Below the pieces are notes generated by a model. The model was not told the DNA's origin. It saw nothing but the letters and a program-made list of their open reading frames with translations, and searched no databases. Shown here one piece after another: positions 18,137-29,037 of a DNA stretch of 64,000 bases. Each line of letters begins with the position of its first letter. The first letter of the stretch is position 1. Source of the stretch: Candidatus Multivoradales bacterium (GTDB taxonomy: Bacteria; Acidobacteriota; Thermoanaerobaculia; Multivoradales; J023); contig CBDFLE010000006.1 of NCBI GenBank assembly GCA_965248925.1, positions 3,616,001 through 3,680,000 of the forward strand, in the 5' to 3' direction. A program made the position numbers and the translations under genes.

Positions 18137-18643
18137 ATTGCGGCCCCCTTTTGCCATGTCCAGTTGAGAGGACGTATCCCCAAGATTGCGGGGTATCCGC
18201 GAGAACTTGTTACGATTGGTAACCACATCAAGAGATGTCGGCTTGATCGTGGTCAGTTGCAGAAAGACGTTGCCCGAACGCTCGGCGTCTGTCTGGGTTC
18301 GATAGTAAATTGGGAACATGACAGGGGCTACCCGGAAGTCCGGTTTTGGCCGGCACTCACGGACTGGCTTGGCTACGATCCAAACCCTGAGCCCGAGAAT
18401 GTGGCTGAGCTGCTGATGGCTTTGCGGCGCAGGCTCGGATTTTCGCAGCGCTCTCTCGCCACGGTCATCGACGTGGCACCAGAGACGATTTCGGGATGGG
18501 AGCAGCAGGCGCACCGGCCGTCAGGAAAAGCACGCCGACGACTGAGCGGCTGGATTGAGTCGCTGGAGGTCGGAGACGATCTCGCGAGGTGTGCTGCTCG
18601 GGTGGTGGTGCTGTTGCGGGGGCGGAGTGCCGTGGTGGAGTGA
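18134..18643 (+). CDS. Tandem HTH protein, copy 2
   Basis: Identical to 610-1119. Confidence 0.75.
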   Translation: MIAAPFCHVQLRGRIPKIAGYPRELVTIGNHIKRCRLDRGQLQKDVARTLGVCLGSIVNWEHDRGYPEVRFWPALTDWLGYDPNPEPENVAELLMALRRRLGFSQRSLATVIDVAPETISGWEQQAHRPSGKARRRLSGWIESLEVGDDLARCAARVVVLLRGRSAVVE

Positions 18644-18927
18644 GCGCTTATTGGTCTTTTGCGAGTTGCGCGAGCAGTGCCCGCCGAATGACCTCGGGAT
18701 TGGATGTGCGGCTATCGAATGCACGCCGCGATTTTGACCATTGATATATGTAGACAATATCAGAATATCGAAAACAAGGAGTTCCCTCGCGTGCAATCTC
18801 TGTCATTCAGTGGATCGAGGGGAAACGGTTCATTTCCAGCCTGCCAAAATGAACCGTTTGGTCTCTAACATCTTTTCCCATAGCTTGTTTGACGAAACAA
18901 AGTCGAGCGGGAACCTGGTGGGCCTAG

Positions 18928-20424
18928 CAGCCCGTGGTGAAAGTCCCGATTACGGCCGTCTTGGCGATCTTCCCTGGTAGAATCTTTCCACCCGAGGGAG
19001 GTAGCGACCATGGCGATGGGCAGGCGAAGCAAACGAAGACAGCGGCAGCTCTGGGTGGAAACCCAGGCGCTGGCCAAGTCCCCAGGACATCCTTTCTACG
19101 AGCGTCTGTCCAAGATTCTCGACAAGCACGGTTTCGATCGCTTTATCGAGGAGCAGTGCGCGAGGTTTTACGCTACGAGGATGGGACGGCCTTCGCTGGC
19201 GCCCGCGGTGTATTTTCGGTTGCTGTTGATCGGCTTCTTCGAGGGTATCGACTCTGAGCGAGGTATCGCATGGCGGCTTGCGGATTCGATGACTCTGCGC
19301 GACTTTCTGGGCTTCGAACTCTCGGACCAGACCCCGGACCATTCGACGCTCTCTCGGACCCGTCGCCTGATCGATCTCGAGACCCATGAGGCGGTGTTTG
19401 CTTGGGCTTTGCAAGTACTGGCGAAGGCTGGCTTGCTCCGGGGAAAGACGCTGGGCATCGATGCGACGACCCTCGAGGCGAACGCGGCGATGCGCAGCAT
19501 CGTGCGTCGAGACTCGGGCGAGAGCTACGAAGAGTTTCTCACGCGCCTGGCCGAGGCTTCGGGTGTGGAGACCCCGACGCGAGCGGATCTGGCGCGTTTT
19601 GACCGCCAAAGGAAGAACAAAAAGACGTCGAACGGCGACTGGAAGAACCCCCACGATCCCGACGCCAAAGTCACGCGAATGAAGGATGGGCGGACGCATC
19701 TGGCGCACAAAGCCGAGCATGCGGTGGATATGGAGACGGGTGCGGTTGTGGCGGTGACGGTGCAACCTGCAGACCGAGGGGACACGTCGAGCCTAGAGCG
19801 GACGTTGGATGAAGTCGCTGCGGTGCTGGAAGATGTCGTTGAGGATTCGGAGGCTGGCGATCACTTGAGCGAGAAAGTCCGTTCAGAGCTGGTGGCTGAC
19901 AAGGGCTATCACAGTAACGCGGTCATGAAGGCACAGCGTCAAGGGAAGATTCGAACCTATATTTCGGAACCGGATCGAGGCCGACGCAACTGGTGCGGCA
20001 AAGAGGCGGAGAAGCAAGCGGTGTATGCCAACCGTCGACGGATCAAGGGTCGTCGAGGCCGCGAGCTGTCGCGGCGTCGAGGAGAGAAAGTAGAACGCAC
20101 CTTTGCCCATTGCTACGAGACTGGCGGTATGAGAAGGACCCACCTTCGAGGTCACGACAACATCCGCAAAAGGTTGCTGATTCACATCGCGGGATTCAAT
20201 CTTGGGCTGCTGCTTCGTCAAATGTATGGAGCCGGCACTCCACGGGCCCTTCAGGGCTTTCTTTCGGCTCTCGAACAGGGCTTTCGCGCCGTATATAGCT
20301 TGCTGAGCTGGCTTCTGCCGCACGAGAGCGGATATTGGCCACTAAGATCTTCGATCAGACCACCTGCGCCGGCTGGCCTCAATTTAGGCCACATTTTGTA
20401 GAAACGGACTTCTGCCACGGGCTG
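18928..20424 (+). mobile_element. Complete 1,497-bp IS (IS1182/IS5-like) with CTAG target duplication
   Basis: IRs CAGCCCGTGGTGAAAGTCC / rc CAGCCCGTGGCAGAAGTCC (16/19). CTAG at 18924-18927 and 20425-20428; the empty site is visible at 1400-1403. Confidence 0.93.
19010..20401 (+). CDS. DDE transposase
   Basis: GRPSLAP..SERGIAW..PDHSTLSR N-terminus; IDATTLEANA, VADKGYHS and KVERTFAH catalytic motifs. Confidence 0.93.
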   Translation: MAMGRRSKRRQRQLWVETQALAKSPGHPFYERLSKILDKHGFDRFIEEQCARFYATRMGRPSLAPAVYFRLLLIGFFEGIDSERGIAWRLADSMTLRDFLGFELSDQTPDHSTLSRTRRLIDLETHEAVFAWALQVLAKAGLLRGKTLGIDATTLEANAAMRSIVRRDSGESYEEFLTRLAEASGVETPTRADLARFDRQRKNKKTSNGDWKNPHDPDAKVTRMKDGRTHLAHKAEHAVDMETGAVVAVTVQPADRGDTSSLERTLDEVAAVLEDVVEDSEAGDHLSEKVRSELVADKGYHSNAVMKAQRQGKIRTYISEPDRGRRNWCGKEAEKQAVYANRRRIKGRRGRELSRRRGEKVERTFAHCYETGGMRRTHLRGHDNIRKRLLIHIAGFNLGLLLRQMYGAGTPRALQGFLSALEQGFRAVYSLLSWLLPHESGYWPLRSSIRPPAPAGLNLGHIL

Positions 20425-20481
20425 CTAGGGCCAGTCCAAGCAAGAGAACGAATCTAGAATCTTCCAGAAAGTGAGGTAGCC

Positions 20482-20916
20482 TTGAGAGACAGAATCCCCA
20501 GATGTTCGATCCTAAACGCCGCCTGCCTACTGGCAGTCGCAGTCGCCGCCGCCACCGCCCACGCTCAATGCAACAGCACCCCCATCGCCTCGGGCGACAA
20601 CGCCGAAGCCGCCTCCGCCCCGATCCTGATTGATGTCCTGGCCAACGACACCGAGCCCGACGGCGAAGCCCTGACTGTCACCGTCCTCGCCAGCACCTGC
20701 CCGGCGAGCACCGAGATCGTGCTCGATCTGATCCGCTTGACCCCCAACCCCTCGATCGATGCCAACTGCACCCTGACCTACCGCATCGAAGACGAGACCC
20801 ACCACAGCACCTCGGCCACCGTCGCCGTCAAGTCCATCGCCGTGCTCTTTGGCGACAACTTTGAGTCTGGCAATGCCAATCAATGGGATAGCACCTGCCC
20901 CGGCAGCGGCTGCTGA
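20482..20916 (+). CDS. Secreted Ig-like protein, copy 2
   Basis: Same protein as 1457-1891. Confidence 0.8.
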   Translation: MRDRIPRCSILNAACLLAVAVAAATAHAQCNSTPIASGDNAEAASAPILIDVLANDTEPDGEALTVTVLASTCPASTEIVLDLIRLTPNPSIDANCTLTYRIEDETHHSTSATVAVKSIAVLFGDNFESGNANQWDSTCPGSGC

Positions 20917-20930
20917 AGGAGTCCAAGACT

Positions 20931-23900
20931 ATGCAACAGAAAATTCTCATCGCCTCACTTCTCTACGTTGCCCTCGCCGGGCCGACCGCCGCGCAACAGC
21001 CCCAGAGCCACCAGCGGGGCGTCACCGCCGACACCGCCTTCCAAGTCGGCGCCATCGATTCGATCAACCTCTTCTCGGGGAATCTGTCGCTCCGCCTGCC
21101 CCTCGGCCAGAGCTACCCGGTGGGTCCCACTCTGAGCTACGGCTTCACCCTGACCTACAACTCCAGCGGCTGGGACTTTGACGACCAACAGAGCTGCACC
21201 GAGGGCACGCCGCCCAACCAGATGCTGGTTTCCTACAACTTGCCGATTCAAGATCTCGATGCGAATTCTGGCTGGGGGTGGCGGGTCAATCTTGGCCAGT
21301 TGGTGCGCTCCGAAGGCGGCAATCCCGCGCCACCCTTCAGCGGGTTTTCCTATTTGAGCCCTGACGGCGGGCAACACGCCTTCCACGATTTCCTCCACCC
21401 GGCCCAGAGCGGCACCTACCCGCCCGCCGGCACCCAGCCCAACACCTGGTTCACCCGCGACAGTACCTACCTGAGAATGCGCTACTACCCATTCGCCTCG
21501 AGCCCCTGCGAGACGCCGTCGAATCTGCTCGACCAGGATTGCCGGACGGTGGAATTCCCAAGTGGTGAGATGCATGAATTCCATAACATCAGCCACACCA
21601 GCTTCGATTGGCGGGTGACCAAGATGCTCGACCGCTTCGGCCATTGGGTCAAGATAGCCTACGCCTCGGGCGGCGATTGGAGCGTCACCGATTCCGCCAA
21701 CAGGAGTCATTCCCTCGATTTCACCGCCGGCCGACTGGAGAAGGTCACCCTCGCCGCTTTCAACAACCAAAGCGCCGTCTACGATCTAGTCTACTCCGGC
21801 CCGGTCGACCTGGAGCGCCAAGGCGCGCAGCCTTCGTGTGTGCCCGAAGGGGACACCCTTTCCGGCGTCCGCCTGCTCGAACGCCTGGTCTTGCCCGACG
21901 ACTCGTTCTACCAAATGGACTACTACCGCACCGACAATCCGGGAGAGAAGCTCTCGGGCGGCATCAAGTTCCTCCGTCTTCCCACGGATGGCGCCTTCGG
22001 CTGGCGGTACCAACAGATCGATTTTCATGCCCAAAGCCCAGATGTGCCCGAGGGCCGGGAGTGGGCCAACATCGGCACCGGCGTGGCCACCAAGTCGACG
22101 TTCTTGAAAGACAGCGATTATCCAAACTCGCCCCACGGCACCTGGATCTATGACTACGATCCCCAAGGAGTGCTCGGTCCCGGCCAGATCTCCTGCTACC
22201 ACACGCTCACCTTGACCGACCCGCTAGGCAACGACACGAAGCACTGGTTTAACTCCGCGGGCGCTAATCGCCAAGGCTTTGGCCTGCCCTTCACCCGCTG
22301 CACACCGGGCACCAACGACTACTACAACAACAGCCCGCCCTACTTGTCGCAAGAGATCTATCAGGGCTCGGTGGCCAGCGGCACCAAACGCCGCTCGATC
22401 TTCCTGGAGTACGAGAACGACGGCCCGTCCGGCTTCTACGCCGACCGCAACCACCGGATGAAGTACCGCAAAGTCATCTACCACGACGACGGCGACAAGT
22501 TCCGCGAGGTCACCCACTCGGACTTCGATGGCCTGGGGCATTTTCGCACCACCACCACCGGCGGCAACTTCGCCAGTGGCAACGTGCGCGCGAGCGAGAC
22601 CTTCTACAACCAGAATCGCGGCTCCTACTTGATCGCCAACAGCGATACCGGCGCCATCGACCCGGCCACCGATTTCGCCATGTTCGGCCAGACCCAGCCC
22701 TGGGTGCTAGAGACCTTCAACTCGCAATCGGTGACCGAGAACGGCGTCACCGAGACCACCGAGTATGACTTTGCGCTGCTGAACGGCTTCCTGCGCAAAC
22801 GTCGGGTGCTGGCTGGCAGCTCGCGGCAGTCGAACGACTTACTAAGCATCTTCGTGCAAGCCGGCACTACCGGCTTCGTCGCCGCTGAGTTGCAGTACGG
22901 CGGCGACAGCCAGGCGATCAGCACCGCAAGCCTGGGCAACATCAACCCGGCCCACTCCGGCGCCCTTTACCGCACCAACCACAGCTACCAGTACGGCGTG
23001 CTGAGAAACTCCACGGTGGTCAACCCCTGCGCCACCAGCGAGGTGCTGCTCAAGCTGGCCGACTACGATCTCGACAAAAACACCGGCCTGGTCAAGCGCA
23101 GCCGAGACAGCGCCGGGATCAAGATCGACTTCCTCTATGACCGGCAGGGCCGCTTGACCCATGAGTTTCCCGAGAGCGAAGCGGTGCGCCGCTACACCTA
23201 CCGTTTGGCCACCCAGAGCAACTTCAACCTGATGCCGCTGCTGACCGAAGAGCAGTGCGTCACCACCGCCGCCTGCTCGGGCTCCGGCCTGCTGGCCTAC
23301 CGCCAGCACACTTTCGACGGCCTCGGCCGTAGGGTCAAAGAGCAGGTGCAGTTGCCCGGCGGAGTGCGCTGGTACCGCCACATGAGCTTCAACCCACGGG
23401 CCTGGAAGACCGCGGAATCGGTGTGGACCCTCAACGCCACTTCCGACAGCCGCGTCACCAAGTACGAGCAGTACGACAACTTCGGCCGCCCCGGCAGGAT
23501 CACCCCACCAAGCCAGCCGGCCACATTCCTCAGCTACGAGGGCGAACGCACCAAGACGCGGCGGTTCAAAGTGATGCTCGCCTCCGGAGTGCAAGAAGAC
23601 ACCTACAACACCGAGATCTCCGATGGCCAGGGCCGATTGTTCGAGGTTTGTGAAGGCAGATCGGCGGCCTGGAATGGCAGCTGCAACGCGGGCGGCTTGC
23701 TGACTCGCTACGCCTACGACGCCGGCTCGCGGCTCACCCACGTTTGCCAGAATCGGACTGGATCGACCTGTGGCCAGCAACGCTTCTTCAACTATGACGG
23801 TCGCAGCTTCCTGACCTCCGAGACCCATCCCGAAGTCGGCCCAGTGGGCAACGGCGCCACGACCTATTCCTATGATGCTCGTGGCAGCGTTTTGAGCAAA

Positions 23901-25967
23901 CGCATCGGTGGCTCCACCGAATTCGACCTCGACTACTTCTACGATCCAGCCGGACGCCTGATCCGAGTTGACGAGAGCAACGGTGGCTCGCCGCGCAAGC
24001 TCAAGGAGTTCCGCTACGGCCGCAAGAACGTCGGTGCCGACAAGCGGGCCGGCAAGCTGGTGCAGACCACCCGCCACAATTGGGTGGATCTGGTGAATCC
24101 GCTGAACGCCAATCCTGGCTTCCTCGATGTCCGAATCTCCGAGAGCTTCGTCTACGCGGGTCGTGGCGGCCGGATGTCCGAGCGCCAGACCCGCTATCAG
24201 CTCGGCGTCGGTCACTACGCCTTCCAGAGTGGGTTCTCCTATGACCTGCAAGGCAACCTCGCGACCCTCGACTATCCCGACTGTCTGCACACCAACGACA
24301 GCTGCGACCAGGTCAGCCCACCGCGGCAGGTGAGCTTCGCTTACGACAAAGGCTTCCTCACCGCGGTGCCCGGCTTCGCCTCCAGCCTCAGCTACCAGAG
24401 CGGCGGCATGCTGACCCAGATCAGCCACCAGAGCGGCATCACCGAAACTCGCCAGGTCGATCCCTCCGGCCTCGCCCGGCCCGAGCGCATCTCCACCAAC
24501 GCCGGCTGGGACACTGGCACCTTCGACTACGACGGATCGGGCAACATCCACCGCATCGGCTCGCTGACCTACCGCTATGATCGTTTGCAGCGGCTGGTCA
24601 GCGGCGAGGCCAAGGTGGGAAGTAGCGACCGCCTGCAAACCGCGTCATATGACAACTTCGGCAATCTCACCCAGATGATCACCAACGGCGCCAGCCAGAG
24701 CATGAGCCCGAGCAGCAGCACCAATCGCCTCGGCTTGAGCGGCACGGTGTACGATGCTGGGGGCAACCTGACCCGCGTGCGTTACAGTAGCTCGGAGATC
24801 TACCAGTACACCTACGACGCCGCCAACATGATGAAACACCTGCAAAGCAACACAGATCAGGCGAGCGTGTACATCTACAACGCTGATGACGAGCGCATCG
24901 TCACCTTCAGCTGCTTCAGCGCCGCCGGCAGCAGCTGCGTCAGCAGCCCCGCCAGCGAGACCTGGACCTTGCGCGGGCTCGGCAACGAGGTGCTGCGGGT
25001 CTTCACCCATCCGCGGGGCGAAAGCTTCGAGTGGGAGCGGGACTACGTCTACCGGGGTGGACAGCTCCTAGCCTCGATAGACCCGGACTCCAGTGGTGTC
25101 GAAGAGACTTTCAGCTTCCATCTTGATCACCTTGGTTCGCCGCGGCAGGTGACAAAGGGCGGCAGCCAGGTGGCGCTGCACAGCTACTATCCCTTCGGGC
25201 AAGAGGCCACCAACTCCAGCTCGGATGAGTTTCAGCTGAAATTTACCGGCCATGAGCGGGATAAAAACGGGGTGGGGGCGAAGAGCGAGTTGGACTATAT
25301 GCATGCTCGGCATTGCAGTCCGGTCGTGGGGAGGTTTCTTGGTGTAGACCAGCGAAGAGTAAGCTCTTTCCAGTTTGGAAAGTCCGAAGAACAGGAGGAG
25401 TTCGCCCGATCGCTACGGCAAACTCAGTCTTGGAACCGGTATTCATACACTCAGAACAACCCTCTGAAGTACCTCGATCCCGACGGAAACAACGAAGTTC
25501 TTGCATTGAGTTGGGCCTTCGAACTTGCTGGTGGGGGAGCGGGTACAGCCACGAGCGCCACAGGGGCTGCAGTTGCGTTGCCTCTCGTTGCCGCCGCGGG
25601 CGTTGGCGTAGCGCTAGGCTACGGAGTGAACCAGATGCCCGGAGTGAGCGACACCTTGACCAGCGATCGAATGTCCGGGATGTTGTCGAATGTCATCTTC
25701 TCTTCTCGCGCGAACGACAGTCGACAATTTATCAACAGCAAGGTGCTTACAACACTAGAACACATAGGAAGATATGCTCCTCCTGATCCCAACGACCCAA
25801 ATGACTTGAATAATAATAAGAATATCTATGAGAGAATGAAGAAACATTTGGAAGCAGCTGAGAAAAGGCTGAACAGGCTCCGGGGAAAATCTCGCGCTGA
25901 CGCCGAAGCTCTGATTCGAAGAACCTTGGACCAACTTGAAAAGTGGTGGAGTGGAGGTGGCCAGTGA
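20931..25967 (+). CDS. Full-length Rhs toxin RhsB (toxin tip CT2, helical, function unknown)
   Basis: 1678 aa; identical to RhsA up to the core, then NNPLKYLDPDG and a different, AT-richer tip. Confidence 0.95.
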   Translation: MQQKILIASLLYVALAGPTAAQQPQSHQRGVTADTAFQVGAIDSINLFSGNLSLRLPLGQSYPVGPTLSYGFTLTYNSSGWDFDDQQSCTEGTPPNQMLVSYNLPIQDLDANSGWGWRVNLGQLVRSEGGNPAPPFSGFSYLSPDGGQHAFHDFLHPAQSGTYPPAGTQPNTWFTRDSTYLRMRYYPFASSPCETPSNLLDQDCRTVEFPSGEMHEFHNISHTSFDWRVTKMLDRFGHWVKIAYASGGDWSVTDSANRSHSLDFTAGRLEKVTLAAFNNQSAVYDLVYSGPVDLERQGAQPSCVPEGDTLSGVRLLERLVLPDDSFYQMDYYRTDNPGEKLSGGIKFLRLPTDGAFGWRYQQIDFHAQSPDVPEGREWANIGTGVATKSTFLKDSDYPNSPHGTWIYDYDPQGVLGPGQISCYHTLTLTDPLGNDTKHWFNSAGANRQGFGLPFTRCTPGTNDYYNNSPPYLSQEIYQGSVASGTKRRSIFLEYENDGPSGFYADRNHRMKYRKVIYHDDGDKFREVTHSDFDGLGHFRTTTTGGNFASGNVRASETFYNQNRGSYLIANSDTGAIDPATDFAMFGQTQPWVLETFNSQSVTENGVTETTEYDFALLNGFLRKRRVLAGSSRQSNDLLSIFVQAGTTGFVAAELQYGGDSQAISTASLGNINPAHSGALYRTNHSYQYGVLRNSTVVNPCATSEVLLKLADYDLDKNTGLVKRSRDSAGIKIDFLYDRQGRLTHEFPESEAVRRYTYRLATQSNFNLMPLLTEEQCVTTAACSGSGLLAYRQHTFDGLGRRVKEQVQLPGGVRWYRHMSFNPRAWKTAESVWTLNATSDSRVTKYEQYDNFGRPGRITPPSQPATFLSYEGERTKTRRFKVMLASGVQEDTYNTEISDGQGRLFEVCEGRSAAWNGSCNAGGLLTRYAYDAGSRLTHVCQNRTGSTCGQQRFFNYDGRSFLTSETHPEVGPVGNGATTYSYDARGSVLSKRIGGSTEFDLDYFYDPAGRLIRVDESNGGSPRKLKEFRYGRKNVGADKRAGKLVQTTRHNWVDLVNPLNANPGFLDVRISESFVYAGRGGRMSERQTRYQLGVGHYAFQSGFSYDLQGNLATLDYPDCLHTNDSCDQVSPPRQVSFAYDKGFLTAVPGFASSLSYQSGGMLTQISHQSGITETRQVDPSGLARPERISTNAGWDTGTFDYDGSGNIHRIGSLTYRYDRLQRLVSGEAKVGSSDRLQTASYDNFGNLTQMITNGASQSMSPSSSTNRLGLSGTVYDAGGNLTRVRYSSSEIYQYTYDAANMMKHLQSNTDQASVYIYNADDERIVTFSCFSAAGSSCVSSPASETWTLRGLGNEVLRVFTHPRGESFEWERDYVYRGGQLLASIDPDSSGVEETFSFHLDHLGSPRQVTKGGSQVALHSYYPFGQEATNSSSDEFQLKFTGHERDKNGVGAKSELDYMHARHCSPVVGRFLGVDQRRVSSFQFGKSEEQEEFARSLRQTQSWNRYSYTQNNPLKYLDPDGNNEVLALSWAFELAGGGAGTATSATGAAVALPLVAAAGVGVALGYGVNQMPGVSDTLTSDRMSGMLSNVIFSSRANDSRQFINSKVLTTLEHIGRYAPPDPNDPNDLNNNKNIYERMKKHLEAAEKRLNRLRGKSRADAEALIRRTLDQLEKWWSGGGQ

Positions 25968-26281
25968 AGAGCCTAAACAAGATCCAAGAGAAGAATCAAC
26001 GACAATTTGACCTCATCTCATCTCAGCTCACTCGGCTTAGTGCGGATGAGCGTATTCCAGAAGGTCTCGTTGGTGACGTTCATGATTTGAAGGTCACTCT
26101 TGAGAAGACAATAGACAGATTAAACAGTATGTTTTTCTTGAAGAATGGAAACCTGCCAGAGGAGCTCACTCGGGATAGCGTTTTCGCCCTTGAGCTGATG
26201 ATTGAAGAGGAGCTTGGCTGGATTGTCTCTGATATCTTGAGTGGACTAAAGAGCCTGAGAGAGTCAGGTGAGAACTCTTGA
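25964..26281 (+). CDS. Putative immunity protein for CT2
   Basis: GTG start overlapping the toxin stop (GTGA) with GGAGG RBS; about 105 aa, acidic and helical. Confidence 0.72.
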   Translation: MKSLNKIQEKNQRQFDLISSQLTRLSADERIPEGLVGDVHDLKVTLEKTIDRLNSMFFLKNGNLPEELTRDSVFALELMIEEELGWIVSDILSGLKSLRESGENS

Positions 26282-26430
26282 CATTCCAGAAGCCCCGCCG
26301 ACTAGGTGCTGAATAGCCCTGAATATGTGCTAGCCTATTCGCAAGCCACCTAGGATCAGCCACTTGCATTGAGTGAAGCCCGGTGCGAGCCGGGCCTTCG
26401 GTACACCTGAGATTCGGGCATCGCTATCTT

Positions 26431-26740
26431 CTAAGGAGCCGCGCTACCGGCGCCTACCGCACCCTGGGCCCGGTGCTTGAGAATCATCGCGTCGATGAGT
26501 CTGATGATGGCTTCCTGGTCCTCTGCCTCGAAGCCCTCCAGTGCCCGAAACCTGTCGAGAAGCCGCGAGCTGTGCAGCGGTACAGCCTCCGTGGTGTCCC
26601 CGGCTAGGAGGAAGTCGACGGTGGTATCGAGGACTCCTGCAAGCTCGATGAGCTTCTCCGGTGGCGGGGCGTGTGCAGCCCGCTCTCGTACTTGTTGAGC
26701 TGCGAGAAACGGGTATCGATCTTGGCTGCTATTTGACTTC
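26431..26740 (-). pseudogene. Frameshifted, 5'-truncated Xre repressor paralog
   Basis: AAKIDTRFSQLNKYESGLH / APPPEKLIELAGVLDTTVDFLL..LLDRFRALE..IIRLIDAMI; frameshift near 26672; same position and orientation after the immunity gene as 7349-7711. Confidence 0.75.
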
Positions 26741-26938
26741 AAGCTGCGCGAGCAGTGCCCGCCGAATGAACTCGGCCTTTGAGACTCGATCTCGCCGAGC
26801 ACGAGCTGCGAGCAATTCTGCCTCATCAGGGAAGAGGTAGGTCACCTCTCGCACTCGGTTTGTGCCGTGGAAGAGTCGGGGGGTCGTCGAAGCCGTGCCC
26901 GTCTGCTTTTTCTCGTCTGCCAGAGAAATAGGTGCCCA

Positions 26939-27029
26939 GATCAGGTGCCACCCTTCTCGTATCCCCTTGTTATCAGTAGCTTACGCCAAGAAGCCAAAGA
27001 AGCCACCGAAGGTTGATCCGCGTCGACGA
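26939..27029 (+). repeat. Conserved cassette leader, copy 1 (pairs with 29566-29819)
   Basis: GATCAGGTGCCACCCTTCTCGTATCCCCTTGTTATCAGTAGCTTA is identical in both copies; both continue into Rhs at TGATCCGCGTCGACGA. Confidence 0.85.
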
Positions 27030-29037
27030 TAACAACGGGGGCTCGCCGCGCAAGCTCAAGGAGTTCCGCTACGGCCGCCAGAACGTCGGCAGTGACAAGC
27101 GGGCCGGCAAGCTGGTGCAGACCACCCGCCACAACTGGGTGGATCTGGTGAATCCGCTGAACGCCAATCCTGGCTTCCTCGATGTCCGGACCTCCGAGAG
27201 CTTCGTCTACGCTGGCCGCGGTGGGCGGATGTCCGAGCGCCAGACCCGCTACCAGCTCGGCGTCGGCCACTACGCCTTCCAGGCCGGCTTCACCTTCGAT
27301 CTGCAAGGCAACCTCGCGACTCTCGACTATCCTGACTGCCTGCACAGCAACGACAGCTGCGACCAGGTCAGCCCGCCGCGGCAGGTGAGTTACGCCTACG
27401 ACAAGGGCTTCCTCACCGCGGTCCCCGGCTTCGCCTCCAGCCTCAGCTACCAGAGCGGCGGCATGCTGACCCAGATCAGCCACCAGAGCGGCATCACCGA
27501 GACCCACCAGGTCGATCCCTCCGGCCTCGCCCGGCCCGAGCGCATCTCTACCAACGCCGGCTGGGACACCGGCACCTTCGACTACGACGGATCGGGGAAC
27601 ATCCACCGCATCGGCTCGCTGACCTATCGCTATGATCGCTTGCAGCGGCTGGTCAGCGGCGAAGCCAAGGTGGGCAGCAGCGGCCGCCTACAAACCGCGT
27701 CGTATAACAACTTCGGCAATCTCACCCAGATGATCACCCACGGCGCCAGCCAGAGCATGAGCCCGAGCTCTTCCACCAACCGCCTCGGTCTCAGCGGCAC
27801 CAGCTACGACGCTCGCGGCAACCTGATCCGCTTGCGTTACAGTAGCTAGGAGATCTACCAGTACACCTACGACGCCGCCAACATGATGAAGCACCTGCAA
27901 TCCAACACTGACCAGGCGAGCGTGTACATCTACAACGCTGATGACGAGCGCATCGTCACCTTCAGCTGCTTCAGCGCCGCCGGCAGCAGCTGCGTCAGCA
28001 GCCCGGCCAGCGAGACCTGGACCTTGCGCGGGCTGGGTAACGAAGTGCTGAGGGTCTTCAGTCATCCACGCGGGGAGAGCTTCGAGTGGGAGCGGGACTA
28101 CGTCTATCGGCGTGGGCTGCTGCTGGCCTCGGTGGACTCCGACGCCAGTGGTTTCGAAGAGACTTTCAGCTTCCATCTTGATCACCTTGGCTCGCCGCGG
28201 CAGGTGACAAAGGGCGGCAGCCAGGTGGCGCTGCACAGCTACTATCCGTTTGGGCAGGAAGCGACCAGCTCTAGCTCGGATGAGTTTCAACTGAAATTTA
28301 CCGGTCATGAGCGGGATAAAAACGGGGCGGGGGCGAAGAGTGAGCTGGACTACATGCATGCGCGGCATTGTAGTCCGGTTCTAGGGCGGTTCCTGAGTAT
28401 AGATCCTGCGGTTGGTAGGAAGACGAGGTCGCAGTCTTGGAATCGATACACTTATGGGTTGGATGGCCCAGTGCGATTCGTAGACCCGAATGGATTGGAG
28501 CCGCTGGATGCCACAATTTTACAATTCTACAACACTGCGCTAGGAGATGATTTTGGTAATGTTGACCTTCGCCTTGATTCCAAGAGAGTACCTAAGAACT
28601 TTGGCGGTATTACGATCGGTCGAAATCTTCATCTTGCCAGAACGGAGAGTAACGACTATCGAAATCGAGCTCTTGATGGTATCGTTCTAGTTGGGCATGA
28701 ACTGGTTCCTGTTGGTCAGTATCGAAAGCATGGAAAGATTGGTTTTCTGAAGAGATATCTGAGAGAGTATCGTAGGAATCGAAAGCAGGGTCAGACCAAG
28801 AACGAAGCATATCGAAACATAAGTTTTGAAGAGCGAGCTGCGGAATTTGGAGAAAATGTCAGAGCTTTCCTTAAAGCAAATCCGGAAATTCTTGGAAAAC
28901 TACAAGAAGGAGAAGAGCTGAATGAAGCAGATATCACTGCAGTCAATCGCGCACTTCGTGAAGCTCTTGATGAGAGTGGAATCCAAGAGGGCTATCAATT
29001 CATCGGAGGGAGGGTTTTCTATGTACGCATTCAGTAG
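27013..29037 (+). pseudogene. Orphan Rhs cassette with zincin/DUF4157-like metallopeptidase tip CT3 (degenerate)
   Basis: Rhs core with premature TAG at 27847-27849 (TCG in paralogs); DGPVRFVDPNG boundary; GITIG..GHELVPVGQY..YRNISFEERA, where HExxH reads HELVP. Confidence 0.85.

Larger units (their letters stand above)
17672..25102 (+). repeat. Large duplication of 148-6077 (comM 3'-HTH-Ig-Rhs core), interrupted by an IS
   Basis: Offset 17,524 before the IS and 19,025 after it; only scattered synonymous SNPs. Confidence 0.95.

Noticed and set aside
148-25102. Duplications as a pure assembly artefact
   Set aside because: Copies differ by synonymous SNP patches, distinct IS insertions with target duplications and distinct tips. 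Real duplication is favoured, but not proven without reads.
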